A stretch of 64,000 bases of DNA. Source: Eukaryota sp. GEM-RC1 (lineage: Eukaryota). Below the pieces are notes generated by a model. It was not told the DNA's origin. It did no database searches and worked only from the letters and a program-made list of their open reading frames with translations. Made by a program: the position numbers and the translations under genes. Location of the stretch: assembly GCA_040285855.1 (NCBI GenBank), contig JAUFOQ010000005.1:1054001-1118000 (forward strand), read 5' to 3'. Below, one piece after another: positions 50,890 to 62,660 of this stretch. Positions within the stretch are counted from its first letter, which is position 1. The number at the start of each line of letters is the position of its first letter.

Positions 50890-52389
50890 ATGTCACATCA
50901 ATCTCAACAACCATCCTCTGTTCTCGAGTTTTCTAGCGTTCCGGATGATCCGAACGAGCCTCCTACCATTCATAATGATCTTGTTAATAGATTCATTCCT
51001 TTTGTTAGAGACATTTGTGATTCAAGACATACACATGGAAAAGTATTTCCTGTCCTCTTTCTTAGTCTTTCTGTGCTCATTGCCAGTCTCGTACCTCTGT
51101 TAGTTGTGTCAGTTGTTACACTGTTTAGTGTTATATTTGGATCATCTTTTCTTAGTAACATGCCAGCTTTTTTTGCTCTTCTTGCAACAGATCGGGATGA
51201 ATATATCTCGACTCTTGTCAGTTGTGCCCTTTGCTTCGTTTTCGTTTGCTTACTTCCTGCTTTTTCAGTGCGAACAGCCATGAAGCATGATTCTAACAAA
51301 CGTACAAACAGCTTTAAGCTAAGGAAGTCTATGCAATCCTTTCATTCTCTTTTCAGTTACAATTGGGCTAATACAGCTAAAATGGACGTTGAATTCACTC
51401 AAACAGCTATTTTTAAGGAACTTCAACAAATGTTAGTATCGGATGAACAATCAAATTCATCTAAACAATACAATAATCGAGTTCCTAAAGGGCTTTTGTG
51501 GATCTTGATTGGAGTCTTGGTTGTGTTTTCGATTGTTCTTGCTGGAATTTCTGCATACAATGACACATTTTTCACCATTAAGCGTCTCAAACAGCTGGAA
51601 CTTCCGTTTTTGGTCTCTTTATTCAATTATGTTGTCAGAAAGTTGTTATATTATTTTACATCTGCGTTCCCAGCTCCTGAGAGAGATTCTACTCGATTGT
51701 GGTTCCTTATTTTTTTAAATCTGGCATTCTTTTTACTTTCCATGATGAGTTTAGCTGTCTTTTCTACTTGTTTTCCCACTGATTTTGGTATTTTTGTTTT
51801 TAATTTGTTTGTCTTGACATTCTTTTTTGATGTTATTTTTCCTTTCTATTGGTACAAGTTTAGGTCTTCAAGTATATCATTTGAAAAGCCTTTGTTTGAC
51901 TTACCTCTGAGTCAAGCTAAAGTCTTTTATTACCATGTTTTGAGTTTCACAGCTCAATTCTATGTTCCAACTTTTGGTTTAGTTTCATTTCCTTTAGTAT
52001 ATCTTTATGGTAAGTATTTGTCTTACAGTTTAAGAACGTGTTCACGTTTACCTTCAGCTACTTACAATGATGACGAATTGTTTTCTTGTTTATCCACCCT
52101 AGCATTGTTCTATTTCCCTTTGTTATTTTCTTATTATTTTCTCTCATTAGTGGTGCCTGTGTCTTGTGGAACTTTTTCTGACCAAAGTTTAAGTCAAGCT
52201 TCATTCTGGAGCTCACCCTTGTTTTTGATAGCTTGTTTCTTGTCTTATTTACTTGTCACAGTCCTAAACTGTATGCTTATCGAAAATAGTAAGCAAAAAG
52301 AAATGCTTGAGTTTAGCAACAAATCCATGAATTGCTTGTACGAAGCGACTAAGAGGAATCCCACAAACGTGGATGTCTATGGAATCTAG
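50890..52389 (+). CDS. Multi-pass membrane family, copy 5 (intact, 499 aa)
   Basis: Uninterrupted ORF with roughly ten hydrophobic segments; no known family recognised. Confidence 0.9.
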   Translation: MSHQSQQPSSVLEFSSVPDDPNEPPTIHNDLVNRFIPFVRDICDSRHTHGKVFPVLFLSLSVLIASLVPLLVVSVVTLFSVIFGSSFLSNMPAFFALLATDRDEYISTLVSCALCFVFVCLLPAFSVRTAMKHDSNKRTNSFKLRKSMQSFHSLFSYNWANTAKMDVEFTQTAIFKELQQMLVSDEQSNSSKQYNNRVPKGLLWILIGVLVVFSIVLAGISAYNDTFFTIKRLKQLELPFLVSLFNYVVRKLLYYFTSAFPAPERDSTRLWFLIFLNLAFFLLSMMSLAVFSTCFPTDFGIFVFNLFVLTFFFDVIFPFYWYKFRSSSISFEKPLFDLPLSQAKVFYYHVLSFTAQFYVPTFGLVSFPLVYLYGKYLSYSLRTCSRLPSATYNDDELFSCLSTLALFYFPLLFSYYFLSLVVPVSCGTFSDQSLSQASFWSSPLFLIACFLSYLLVTVLNCMLIENSKQKEMLEFSNKSMNCLYEATKRNPTNVDVYGI

Positions 52390-52690
52390 TCTAATTATTT
52401 GCCTAGTCACTGATTGTTCTCTTCTATCAATCAACTGTTTACTATATGATCATTAATTTGAGCTCATGTTTTTGTACCTAAATTCGTTCTACGAGTATTT
52501 CTACGCCGCCGTGTAACTTTGATTTACTTTTGAAGAGTGTCGGAATAATTCCACAATTTTTTCTGATTTTTTCCAGAATCATTAATTTTCGATTGTGATT
52601 TGTTTCCAGAAATGTGGGTAATTTTTTTTGAATTAGAATGGATTCAAGCTCTTTGCAGTCTAGAGATGTGACTCGTTTTATATTAATTAT

Positions 52691-53105
52691 TAGTGTTGCA
52701 CGAAACTTTTCTGCATTTCTGAACCGTTAATAGCTATCAGTGTTCGAAGACACAGGTTTGGACACGGACACGGTGTCTTTGAGAAAACACGTGCCAAATT
52801 TCGAACACTGATATCTATGTGGAAACGCATCTTGAACATCAATAAACGTTTCGAAAAACTTGACAATTGCTGTTAATTTGTTACATATAAAACATTTATT
52901 AGCATAACCCTCGTTTGTGGTTTAGTTTTCTCTCTCAACGTGATGTCAATTCACTGGGGAAAGGAGTCAATAATAACATGTTTAGCGTACACATCGTGAA
53001 AAACTGGTATTAATCAAACATACATCTTATTTATTTTTTGGTAGACATAATGTAGGTTAGAAGACTGAGATGTAGGACCATAAAATCGCTTTTCGTGCAA
53101 AACTG
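52691..53105. mobile_element. Degenerate hAT-type MITE hosting the 73-bp element
   Basis: TAGTGTTGCACGAAA / TTTCGTGCAAAACTG (13/15 inverted match); TSD not convincing. Confidence 0.45.
52738..52810. mobile_element. Miniature hAT-type element (73 bp)
   Basis: TIRs CAGTGTTCGAA / TTCGAACACTG; TSD ATAGCTAT / ATATCTAT (7/8); internal GACAC repeats. Confidence 0.8.
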
Positions 53106-53801
53106 TTGACATTATGGATGTTTATTACTTCAACACTGCCACATCTTACACAGGTGGCGAGTAAGGCGTCAATGAGTGAAGATTTGTGAAGATTGTGAAT
53201 CATTTGATTGCATACACTGTTGATTACACTCTGGATAAGAATTTCAATTTGTTTAACAACTCCTAACTGCTCTTCTGTGATCGAAAACGGAAAACCCAGT
53301 CATTTAATGGTTTTTAAGATAAATGGGAAATAGAACAGAACACAGTTAAGTAAGTTCAATTCACGCTTTTTGAACTGAACTGATTATCATTCCTAGTACA
53401 ATATGTACACTGTAACGTTGTTACATTTCTGAACAAGCCAAACAGGATAAGAACAAGAAACCAATGATCGCCCTAAAACATGTAAAACATTTTGAATATG
53501 AATTATATCCTTTTGCTGTTTCCAATCTACGGCCATTTAGGACAAAGTACATTGAATTTTAATTCGATTTCGGAAAAATCATAAAAAATAGGATGAAAAA
53601 ACCTTTTCATCATATGTTATGGTTGAATCGTATCGTTATTACTATTTTTAAAACAATTCGCCTATACATCTGAAAAGCATTATTAGCAGTGAGTTACCTT
53701 TACGAGGACAAAGCTGTTGTAAGATTCGATAGCGACGGGGGTTGTTTTAATGATATCAAATTTGAGTTTTATTGTTTCATTACATTAATAACATGTAGAT
53801 A

Positions 53802-53859
53802 CAGTATACCCTCGACATAGAGCCACCCTATTGGCAGACCTTGGATCGAGGGTATACTG
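53802..53859. mobile_element. Miniature pogo/Tigger-like element (58 bp)
   Basis: Perfect 14-bp TIRs CAGTATACCCTCGA / TCGAGGGTATACTG with TA on both flanks. Confidence 0.8.
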
Positions 53860-53959
53860 TACATGTATCTAAAAAAGTATTGTTGTTGACAAAACTTTAT
53901 TAAACAAAATTTAAGGGATGATTAACTGTTAAACAGCCCATATTACATGGACCATTTTT

Positions 53960-55727
53960 GTGGATAATTCAATTATTTTGGCCAAATTATCATTCATGAC
54001 CAACTCCACTATAATCCACTATATCAGTGATGATGAAGAGCAATCAGCTCTAACCTCATATCTAGCTTCTTCTCAAAGTTCTACTCCGCAGCAGCATAGT
54101 CTTGAAATACATCCTTCTTCTGCTTCTATTACTTCTCATAGACGTTCCGATGTTTGGTCACACAGTGTGGACAAGAACCATCAGCTAGGCAAAAAAACTG
54201 GTATACAATTTGTTCCTCACACATCACATCAATCTCAACAACAGTCTGCTCTTGAGGATTCTAGCGATTCGGATACATCAGATACTACCTCTAGTTTTCA
54301 TAACATTCTTGACAACCGATTCATCCCTCTATCTAGTGATATTCGACATTTGGCACTCTCACATGGAAAAGCTTTTCCACCACTCTTTCTTCAGCTTTCA
54401 CTGCTTATTATCAGTCTTCTTCCCCTACTAGTTGTGTCACTGGTTGCACTCCCTTTCATAATCTATGGTTCATTTACACTTACTACCAAAGAACTTCTTC
54501 TCTATCTTCTTGCAACAGATCGTGATGATTATACTTTTACTCTTGTGAGTTGTACTCTTTGCTTACTTGTTGTTTTCTTCCTTCCTTGTTTTTAGTGGGA
54601 TCATGGTCTAAACTTATCCTTACCGAGGATACAACCACTATCGATAGCCCCGTGACCTCTTTAACAACATTTCACTCTCTCTTCAGTTATAATTGGGCTA
54701 ATACAGCTAAAATGGACGTTGAATTCACTCAAACAGCTATTTTTAAGGAACTTCAACAAATGTTAGTATCGGATGAACAATCAAATTCATCTAAACAATA
54801 CAATAATCGAGTTCCTAAAGGGCTTTTGTGGATCTTGATTGGAGTCTTGGTTGTGTTTTCGATTGTTCTTGCTGGAATTTCTGCATACAATGACACATTT
54901 TTCACCATTAAGCGTCTCAAACAGCTGGAACTTCCGTTTTTGGTCTCTTTATTCAATTATGTTGTCAGAAAGTTGTTATATTATTTTACATCTGCGTTCC
55001 CAGCTCCTGAGAGAGATTCTACTCGATTGTGGTTCCTTATTTTTTTAAATCTGGCATTCTTTTTACTTTCCATGATGAGTTTAGCTGTCTTTTCTACTTG
55101 TTTTCCCACTGATTTTGGTATTTTTGTTTTTAATTTGTTTGTCTTGACATTCTTTTTTGATGTTATTTTTCCTTTCTATTGGTACAAGTTTAGGTCTTCA
55201 AGTATATCATTTGAAAAGCCTTTGTTTGACTTACCTCTGAGTCAAGCTAAAGTCTTTTACTACCATTTTATGAGTTTCACAGCTCAATTCTATATTCCAA
55301 CTTTTGCTTTAGTTTCAATTCCTTTAGTGTATCTTTATGGTAAATATTTGTCTTACAGTTTAAGAAAGTGTTCACGTTTACCTTCAGCTACTTACACTAA
55401 GCTTAAAAAATCCAATGAGTATTTGGTTGTTCTTTTCCGCCTTTATCTGGTCACTATTCTTGTTTATTTTTTTGATTGATTCCTTGGTTGAACCTGCCTC
55501 TTGTGGAACTTTTTACTGACAAAAGTTTGAGTCAAATTTCCATGTGGACAACGCCCTTATTTTTGATGTTCTGTATTCTCTTTTATACATCTGTCATTAT
55601 TATTTACGTTGTCATTTCCTTTAATTCTAAGCAAAAAGAAATCATCAAGTTCAACCACAAGTCGATGAATTACTTGTACGAAGTAACAAAAAGGAATCAC
55701 GCAGAAATGGATTTGTATGGAATCTAG
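53960..55727 (+). CDS. Multi-pass membrane family, copy 6 (frameshifted; longer N-terminus)
   Basis: ORFs 53960..54595, 54550..55479 and 55476..55727; 54691-55259 reads identical to 51361-51929. Confidence 0.8.
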
Positions 55728-56262
55728 TCACGAACAACTGGATGTGATTTAAATTATTTTAAATATTTCACTCAATATTTTTTAATTTATATCGTTTGTT
55801 ATTCCTTCTGCTCTCGATATTTGACATTTAAAAAAGTGGTGTATTCATCTACGTTTCATGTAGTCCAATCTTGTGTCTTTTCTCAATATGGGAGCTATTG
55901 GGATCAATAGATTACAAAAGTACTTGATGTTGGTACTTCTACGTTGTAGTTCAAGCCATTGGCACTGATGTTATTAAAGACAGCATTAGTTACTTAGTTA
56001 CTTGAAGATTGTTTTCATGCTATTTGTTGAATTTATAATAAATTATGTTTGTTAGAAGTTTGACAACTGTAGCTAGTATTTAATATAAACCTTTTTGCAG
56101 GGAAATTTCTTCCATCATAGAGTGAAAGTATACTTTCACGCCGTACTGCATACATTGTTTTAATCCCTGCTTGCTCTGCTGATAAGAACACATGTAGAAG
56201 TTCGGAAGTTTATTATCCAGATTAGGCTTTCGAAAGAGAATTGAAATTTGTAAAGTCATCTT

Positions 56263-58049
56263 ATGTCCAAGGCCTCAAACCTTCTTCTAAAAGCCAAAGA
56301 ACGCTGTCTATCTGTCCTAAACCGTCTTGATGACCACAATTACTCTGATTCTTCCATATCATCAACTCTAGATTTTTTCCTTCAACAACCTGGTTCAATC
56401 ATTCCAGCCCTGCTACCTCAGTTAATCAGGTCTCTATCAAGTTTTCCCCCTCATGCTCGTCATCAACGAGTCATGCTCTTTTCACAACTCTGCCCTAATT
56501 TCTCCACTGATCTTGCTCCGTTCCTTCCTCAACTCGTATCTCTCCTCCTGCGCTGTTTCTTTGAGAACGACCCCTCAACAGCCGATGCCCTTTCCACTGC
56601 CATGCTGTCTCTACTACAACACTGTTTCCCTACTTCACAAGACACTAACCGCTTTGACGCTGTCTTTGTAGAACCCCTCCTATCCACTGCCTTCACTAGA
56701 CTCGAAAGCTCACCCCTTTGTTACAAGTGTTTAGCTTCACTTCTTTCTGTTGTTGAAACCGAGAACTTCCCCTTAGATAAGATGGTTGACTTACTGAGAC
56801 GATTGATGGTTATATTAGACTCTGGAGTTGCTGACGTTTTTGCCAATCCTACAATGATTGAGCCTTTCTTTAGTATTCTTTTGCCTATTAATAGAGCTCT
56901 TGAAGTAATCAAAATTGATGGATCAGTGGAGTTGCGTGAGTTGTTTTCTGTTTCTGATATTGATGCATTTGTATCTGTTTATGTAAACTGTCTTCATGAA
57001 ATAGGAGAATTATCTCGCAAGGTTCGTAAAATTTCAAAATTTGGTAATGTTATCATGCAGTTATCTGAATCACTTTCCTATTTCGTGGAGAATCTCTTCT
57101 TCAAGCTATCCAAGAAAGAATCACATTACCAGGACCTCAAGAAGTCTTTAGAAGTCGTCAAGGGATTGAGTGATCTCCCGCCACAAATTAAATCAAGTTT
57201 ATCCAAAACATTAAGAATTTTGTCTAAAGGAACCCAAACAGCAGCTAAACCTCAATCAAAAGTGATTGAAAGTCGCCGAACTCCATCAAAACCGTGGAAG
57301 GAAAGTGCCAAATCCAAAAACGTCAACCAAGTGCAAAAGCTCAATCAAATTTGATGGAGAGCTCAGCCCCAATAGAAGTGTTCATCAAGGGCACTGAGTC
57401 ACCAGTAGTGTTCTCTAAGGAAGAAACAGAGAGTCAATTGAAGGAATTAGAAGAAGAAGAAAGTAAATTAGAACTGGAAGGACTTGATGGAGAAGAATCG
57501 ACAGTATCTGTAACTGAATCAAACTATTCCTCTAACATTTCCTCAAAGAAAAACGTCATTCCAGAAGAAAGTTCCCTTCAATTGGACACTGTCCAAGTTA
57601 CAAATACTCTTCAAACTCCTTCTGTAGAAGTTGAGACTCCAGTGAGTGTGCAACCACAGGTCAAGAAGTCGATTGCGTCAGCTTTGTCTAACATATTTGT
57701 TAAAGATTCGCATTTTTCATTTAGTTCTGAAGAGTTTTCGACTTCTCCCTTTGAAACTGAATTTGAAAATGTTCAGCGACAAACTCTAGAACAGATTTTA
57801 GACATGGAACGTCAAGCTTTACAGAAGAAGTATAAAGCGATTCAACGTGAAGAAGCGACCAAGTACATTCAGCAGTACAAGGAAGCAGTTTCAAAGCTTC
57901 AGAATATGCTAGTTGATAAACTTGCACTTTTGGAAAGTCAAATTCAGGAACAATTAGACTCTGAAGTTGAGATTTTTGAAAGAGATCGACGTTCCCAATT
58001 AGAAGACGTGATGGTCACGAATTCTCCACTAAGTAGAAGACCCAAATAG
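56263..58049 (+). CDS. HEAT/ARM-repeat protein with C-terminal coiled coil, TORTIFOLIA1/SPIRAL2-like N-terminus
   Basis: LKAKERCLSVLNRLDD and LAPFLPQLVSLLLRCF helical repeats; two ORFs joined by one missing A at tccaaaaacgt (~57318). Confidence 0.65.
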
Positions 58050-58234
58050 GCTAAGTAGAGGTTGTTTTTGTTTATTTATAGTGTTGTATGAGGAAAGTTG
58101 TATGATACAGTTTATTGATGAACAAACTGTCCGTGAATTTCGAACGGACCGTTTTTACAAAAATTTGAAATTTCTGGAGATTAATTTAAGAAAATTACCG
58201 GTACTACTAAATGTGTTTGATGTGAATGCCGATG

Positions 58235-59113
58235 TTATATAAAGATTTGTAAATTCGATTTTTGATCCCGTAATTTTTGAACATCATTACTGTTCAATTC
58301 AGTTAAACACAAATTTAATTGTGTCAACTTTTCGAATTTTTGAAGCAGTGGTATCGAATTGGAATCAATTTTGCTTCCAGAAACATCCAACTCTCGTAGG
58401 TTTGAAAAATGTTCAGAAGCAACTAACAGTATGTCCTCGTTTAAAAGATTACACAGTTCTAGCTTGTAAACATAACGACCTACGAGTTTAAAATGCGAAA
58501 CATCAAACTGATAGTTAATCAAAAGTGATTGACAACTGATAGACGCGTAAGTACTCAGCCAGTGGTTCTCTTGGCTAGAGTAATTAATGGAATTATAATG
58601 AGTTGGAAACTCAGATCGGCAGCGGAGATAATAGAATACATCAAAAATAGGTGAAATGAAATCTTTTTGAAGAGAAAACCATTGGAATAAAGGTAGGTCG
58701 AGAAAGAAAGAATTTGAATATTTGTTAATAATAAACGAGATTTCAATACCCATCACTAACAGTTGATCAAGACCTAGTAGCAAAAGTTCAGGAATTTTTA
58801 AAATTTCAGCTCCAGCTAATAATTCCATAACATCCTGGTCATTCACTGTTAAATCCAGTAAAGTAGATTTTTCAATTTTTTCCAGATAATGAACAATGAG
58901 CTCAAAAGTCGAACAATCAAGAGTCGGCAACTTTATCCTTGATTGCGAAGCTCCATCACAAATCAGACACTTTTCAGCCAAAGTAAGAGGAATAGCAAAC
59001 AACTGACCATCAATTTGAAACTCAACAGTAGAATTCAAATGCTGATTTTCCATCTCACCACCTCCATTGATGACGTCATCTTCAGACGACTTTTGTTTAT
59101 AAAGACTTCCCAA
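58235..59113 (-). CDS. BTB/Skp1-like domain plus LRR protein (possibly the C-terminus of the upstream gene)
   Basis: VEFQIDGQLFAIP...IKLPTLDCSTFELIVHYL...LLAGAEILKIPELL; C-terminal LRELDVSGSKI..LTQLNLCLTEL. Confidence 0.78.
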   Translation of the reverse strand: MGSLYKQKSSEDDVINGGGEMENQHLNSTVEFQIDGQLFAIPLTLAEKCLICDGASQSRIKLPTLDCSTFELIVHYLEKIEKSTLLDLTVNDQDVMELLAGAEILKIPELLLLGLDQLLVMGIEISFIINKYSNSFFLDLPLFQWFSLQKDFISPIFDVFYYLRCRSEFPTHYNSINYSSQENHWLSTYASISCQSLLINYQFDVSHFKLVGRYVYKLELCNLLNEDILLVASEHFSNLRELDVSGSKIDSNSIPLLQKFEKLTQLNLCLTELNSNDVQKLRDQKSNLQIFI

Positions 59114-59231
59114 TCGATGAAGTACACTTCGAGTGATCCTAGCCTCTTTGACATCGTTGGAGTGTACTTCAAGAGATTCCGAGGAGACTGTGGTGATAGC
59201 GGTGTTCTGCTGAGTGTTGACTTCCTTGGAG

Positions 59232-62200
59232 TCAGGTGGGGGTTATATTTAGATGAAGGGAGACTGGGGTATCATCAGGAGTGGAAGGTCTTGGAGTACT
59301 GAGCTTTTCTTTGGAAGCGGAAGGTGATGATCTCATTGAATGATGAGATGAACTACGTTTTGGTGATTTGAGGGCATTGATACGCTTTCTTTCATTAGAG
59401 ATATCAACAGCTTCTGATTCTAAGTCGATCAAATGACGAACAGTGGGTTCAAATGATTCAAGGTCAAAAAGATTTTCAATCAAACAATCGGAATAGGAAA
59501 GAAGTTCGTTAAACAAGATCAAATGACGATGAACTTCGTCAGTATAATAAGAAGACGAGTCATCAGGCTTAGTAAGGGTTGATACAAAAGCGTGATCAAT
59601 ATTTGAATCATGAGGAGTTGCCGGCTTGGAAATATAGTTGATTGTGTAGTTTTCGAAACAGGCAAGTTCGACGTCATCAACTAATGAGGCTACGGTGTCA
59701 ACTACCTCTATCAAATCAAAAACTAGCTCTTCACAGGTCAGAATGTCTGAAACATCGTCAACATCGACAATTGAATTTTCAACAATTTCAAAAACAATAG
59801 CATTACAAAAATCAAAAACCGACGGTTCAAATTTGATATAATCGGTCATTAATTCGACTGACCACGGTGAATTGATATCCGGAACAGTTTCTGATTGATA
59901 CTTTGTAACATCAAACGAAGAAATTTCAAAATCAAAGAATTTTTCAGATTCTGAAATCGAAGAAGCCAATAGTTGCGAATATCCCTCACTGAACCAAGAA
60001 CAATCCTCCGTTGTAGGGAAAAGAGCTGGATTGATGTTAGATAAAGAAAAGTCTCGGACCAAGAAATGGTTAGCAGTAGGAGAATCAAAGAACAAAATCA
60101 ATTTTGATTGATTGGGGAGTGTAATAAGATGGGAATATAGATAACCCAGACTAGGAAGATTGAGGACTTCTTTCAAATTAGTAATAGAAGTACAAAACTG
60201 ATGGGAAAAATCAAATGGTTCGTCTTCGTCTGTATCATCTGTTAAAGGTTCAATCAATTCTGATGACGAAGAATCATTGGACTTAATCCAATCAAATTCA
60301 TTTGAATTAGGCAAGTTACTGGAAATCAAAGTGATTGGAATGCAATCACGGTCTCGAGGGTCGACAATTAATTGTTGATTCATTACTCCCGTCAAGATCC
60401 CCAAATAACCCAAATAGAGACCTGGTTTTAAATCATTAAAGAAAATTGAATGACGGAACCAATCAAAAGTGATTGAAAGCATACGATTACCCTTGACTGG
60501 ATCACGATTGAGGGATGATAAATTTTGAAAAGGGGTAGAATTTAGATAATTTTGGTAAAACACGTGCTCGAACTCAGAAAACTTGTCGGATTCCAGGACC
60601 GAATAATTCAATGACTGAGAGAAATTTGAAACATCAGCAACAACAAAGATTGCCTTAGAATTAACTTTGGGCAAATTGAAAACAAAATCAAATGGCCGAA
60701 GTTTTTTAATTTTAAAGAGTGAAGAGAATTTGTCACATATTTTGGATAAACTGGCAAAAAAAATCAGAAGGATAGTCTCTTCTAGTATTAAAATTATTGA
60801 TAAAATCTTGGAAATCCGGATGATTGGAATCAAAATCTTTAGGGTCGAGATCAGATATTTCTAATTTTTCAAAAATTAATTGATTATTTTCAAGAATTAA
60901 CTGGTCCTTAAAAACAGGAAGGAAACCGACAACAATTGAACTCGAAGGAAATTTTGTCTGACAGTTGAACGATGATTGCAATGAGTTCAGCCTTTTGGCA
61001 AGAATTTCTTTTAAACTTTGAGATTCTGCATTTTTTACAGGCAATGAAGAGATCAAAACTTCAGAATTAATAGTTAATTTAGATGAATCGTGGAAAAAAT
61101 CAACATAAGTCTTGGCACGATCATTCAGATCCGGAGAATTCTCATTTTTAATAACAGTAGCCACTGCTGAAAGATTAAATAAATGAGATTTGGAAATTTC
61201 AAAATCAAAAGAGTCATAATCAAATTCGATGACAATTTTGAATTTGTCTGGATTTGTCCAATCCTCTAAATCTTTAAATTTCCATGAAAAATTCTCAAGA
61301 GTATAAGATTCAATAAAAGAAAAATCTGATTTGTCGACTTTCATCAAAAACCATGTTCCAAAATGATCACGAACAAAACCAATCAAATAGTCGACTGATT
61401 GACAATCAAGGACAAAAATAGTAGACAAACCACAATTACCAGCAAAATTAAAAAACTCTTCATTAAACTTATGACACAACTCACATAATTCAATTTTTTC
61501 ATTTTTTAAAATTTCATCAGCATAAGACTTGGACTTCTTCAACAGAACCTTCTTCTTCTCCCTGTTCGTTGTGCTTCCGAATCTTAATTTTATTCAACAA
61601 AGAATGAAGCTCATTAGGTTTTTGTGGAACATCTTCCTCTTTAAATATTGGCAAATCCTCTAACTTAGGCTCCTTGGCTTCAGGAAGTTTCTCATCATCT
61701 TTATCATTCTTAGCAGGTGCTGACTCATCAAGAGTAGACTTGGCTGGAATAGTTTTGGACTTTTGAGCTTTACTAACGTCATCAACTTTCTTCGTCATAG
61801 CTCCAGAGTCTATTGGAGTAGCCAATGGATCCTTTGGTTGATCTTTGGAAGTTGTAGGCTTTGACTGGTCCACATTCTCAGTAGTATCTGGTGCTTGTTT
61901 TGCTTCCTGTTGTGGTTGGTCAGCTTCTGGCTTCTTCTCTTCCTCAATAGGCTTTGAGGCCTGTTGAGCATCGTTGTCCTTCTTAGTTTCTGTATTTGGA
62001 AGCAGGAGCGTCATCTACAGACTTCTTACTAGCCTCCGGTGGTTTAGAAGAAGGGGTTTTGGCAGAGTCTGAGGGAGCAGACTTCAAGTTACTGGGAGTA
62101 GAGGGGGGAGGTTTAGACTGTGGTGGGGCCTCATCAGAAGAAGAAGTAAGAGGGGGGAGTTTCCAGGCCGTTTTCTTAGTTGATACATTGATAAAGAATC

Positions 62201-62579
62201 GTCTACTGGTCTTCTGGTCCACGTGTTCTTGGTAGACTACTTCTAGGTTTTTCATACTCTCTCCTTCAGGATAATAATAGGTTTTGCCGTTCTTGGGATC
62301 ATCGAACTTAGCATATCCTGGAGGAACAACAGGTTGAGATCTTGGAGTTGAGCCACCTCTGCCCCTAAGAGAACCACGTCCTCGGGCAGGAGAAGGTCTA
62401 GACGATGAAGTAGGAGGAAGTTCGTCATCAGATTCTACAAAGGTATCAGGGGGTTCACGATTTAGAGTACGGGCACCTCCACGACCACGTAAAGGTGTGG
62501 CTCCCCTTCCTCGGGTTGCAGGAAGAGTACGAGGAGAACCTCTAGATGCACCCCTACCAGGTAGAGTTCTAGGGGGCAT
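59232..62579 (-). CDS. RG-rich, WW-domain protein with the unknown domain shared with 34163-36374
   Basis: VPPGYAKFDDPKNGKTYYY and YQEHVDQKTSRRFFINVSTKKTAWKLP (WW-like); collinear ORFs 61983, 61517, 60733 and 59232. Confidence 0.78.
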
Positions 62580-62660
62580 GTGTAGATAGAGCTGATTTAG
62601 AAAGTATGGTCGCTCTTGTGGACACTCAAAAATTAATTCACATCATTTTCGCCAACTAAA

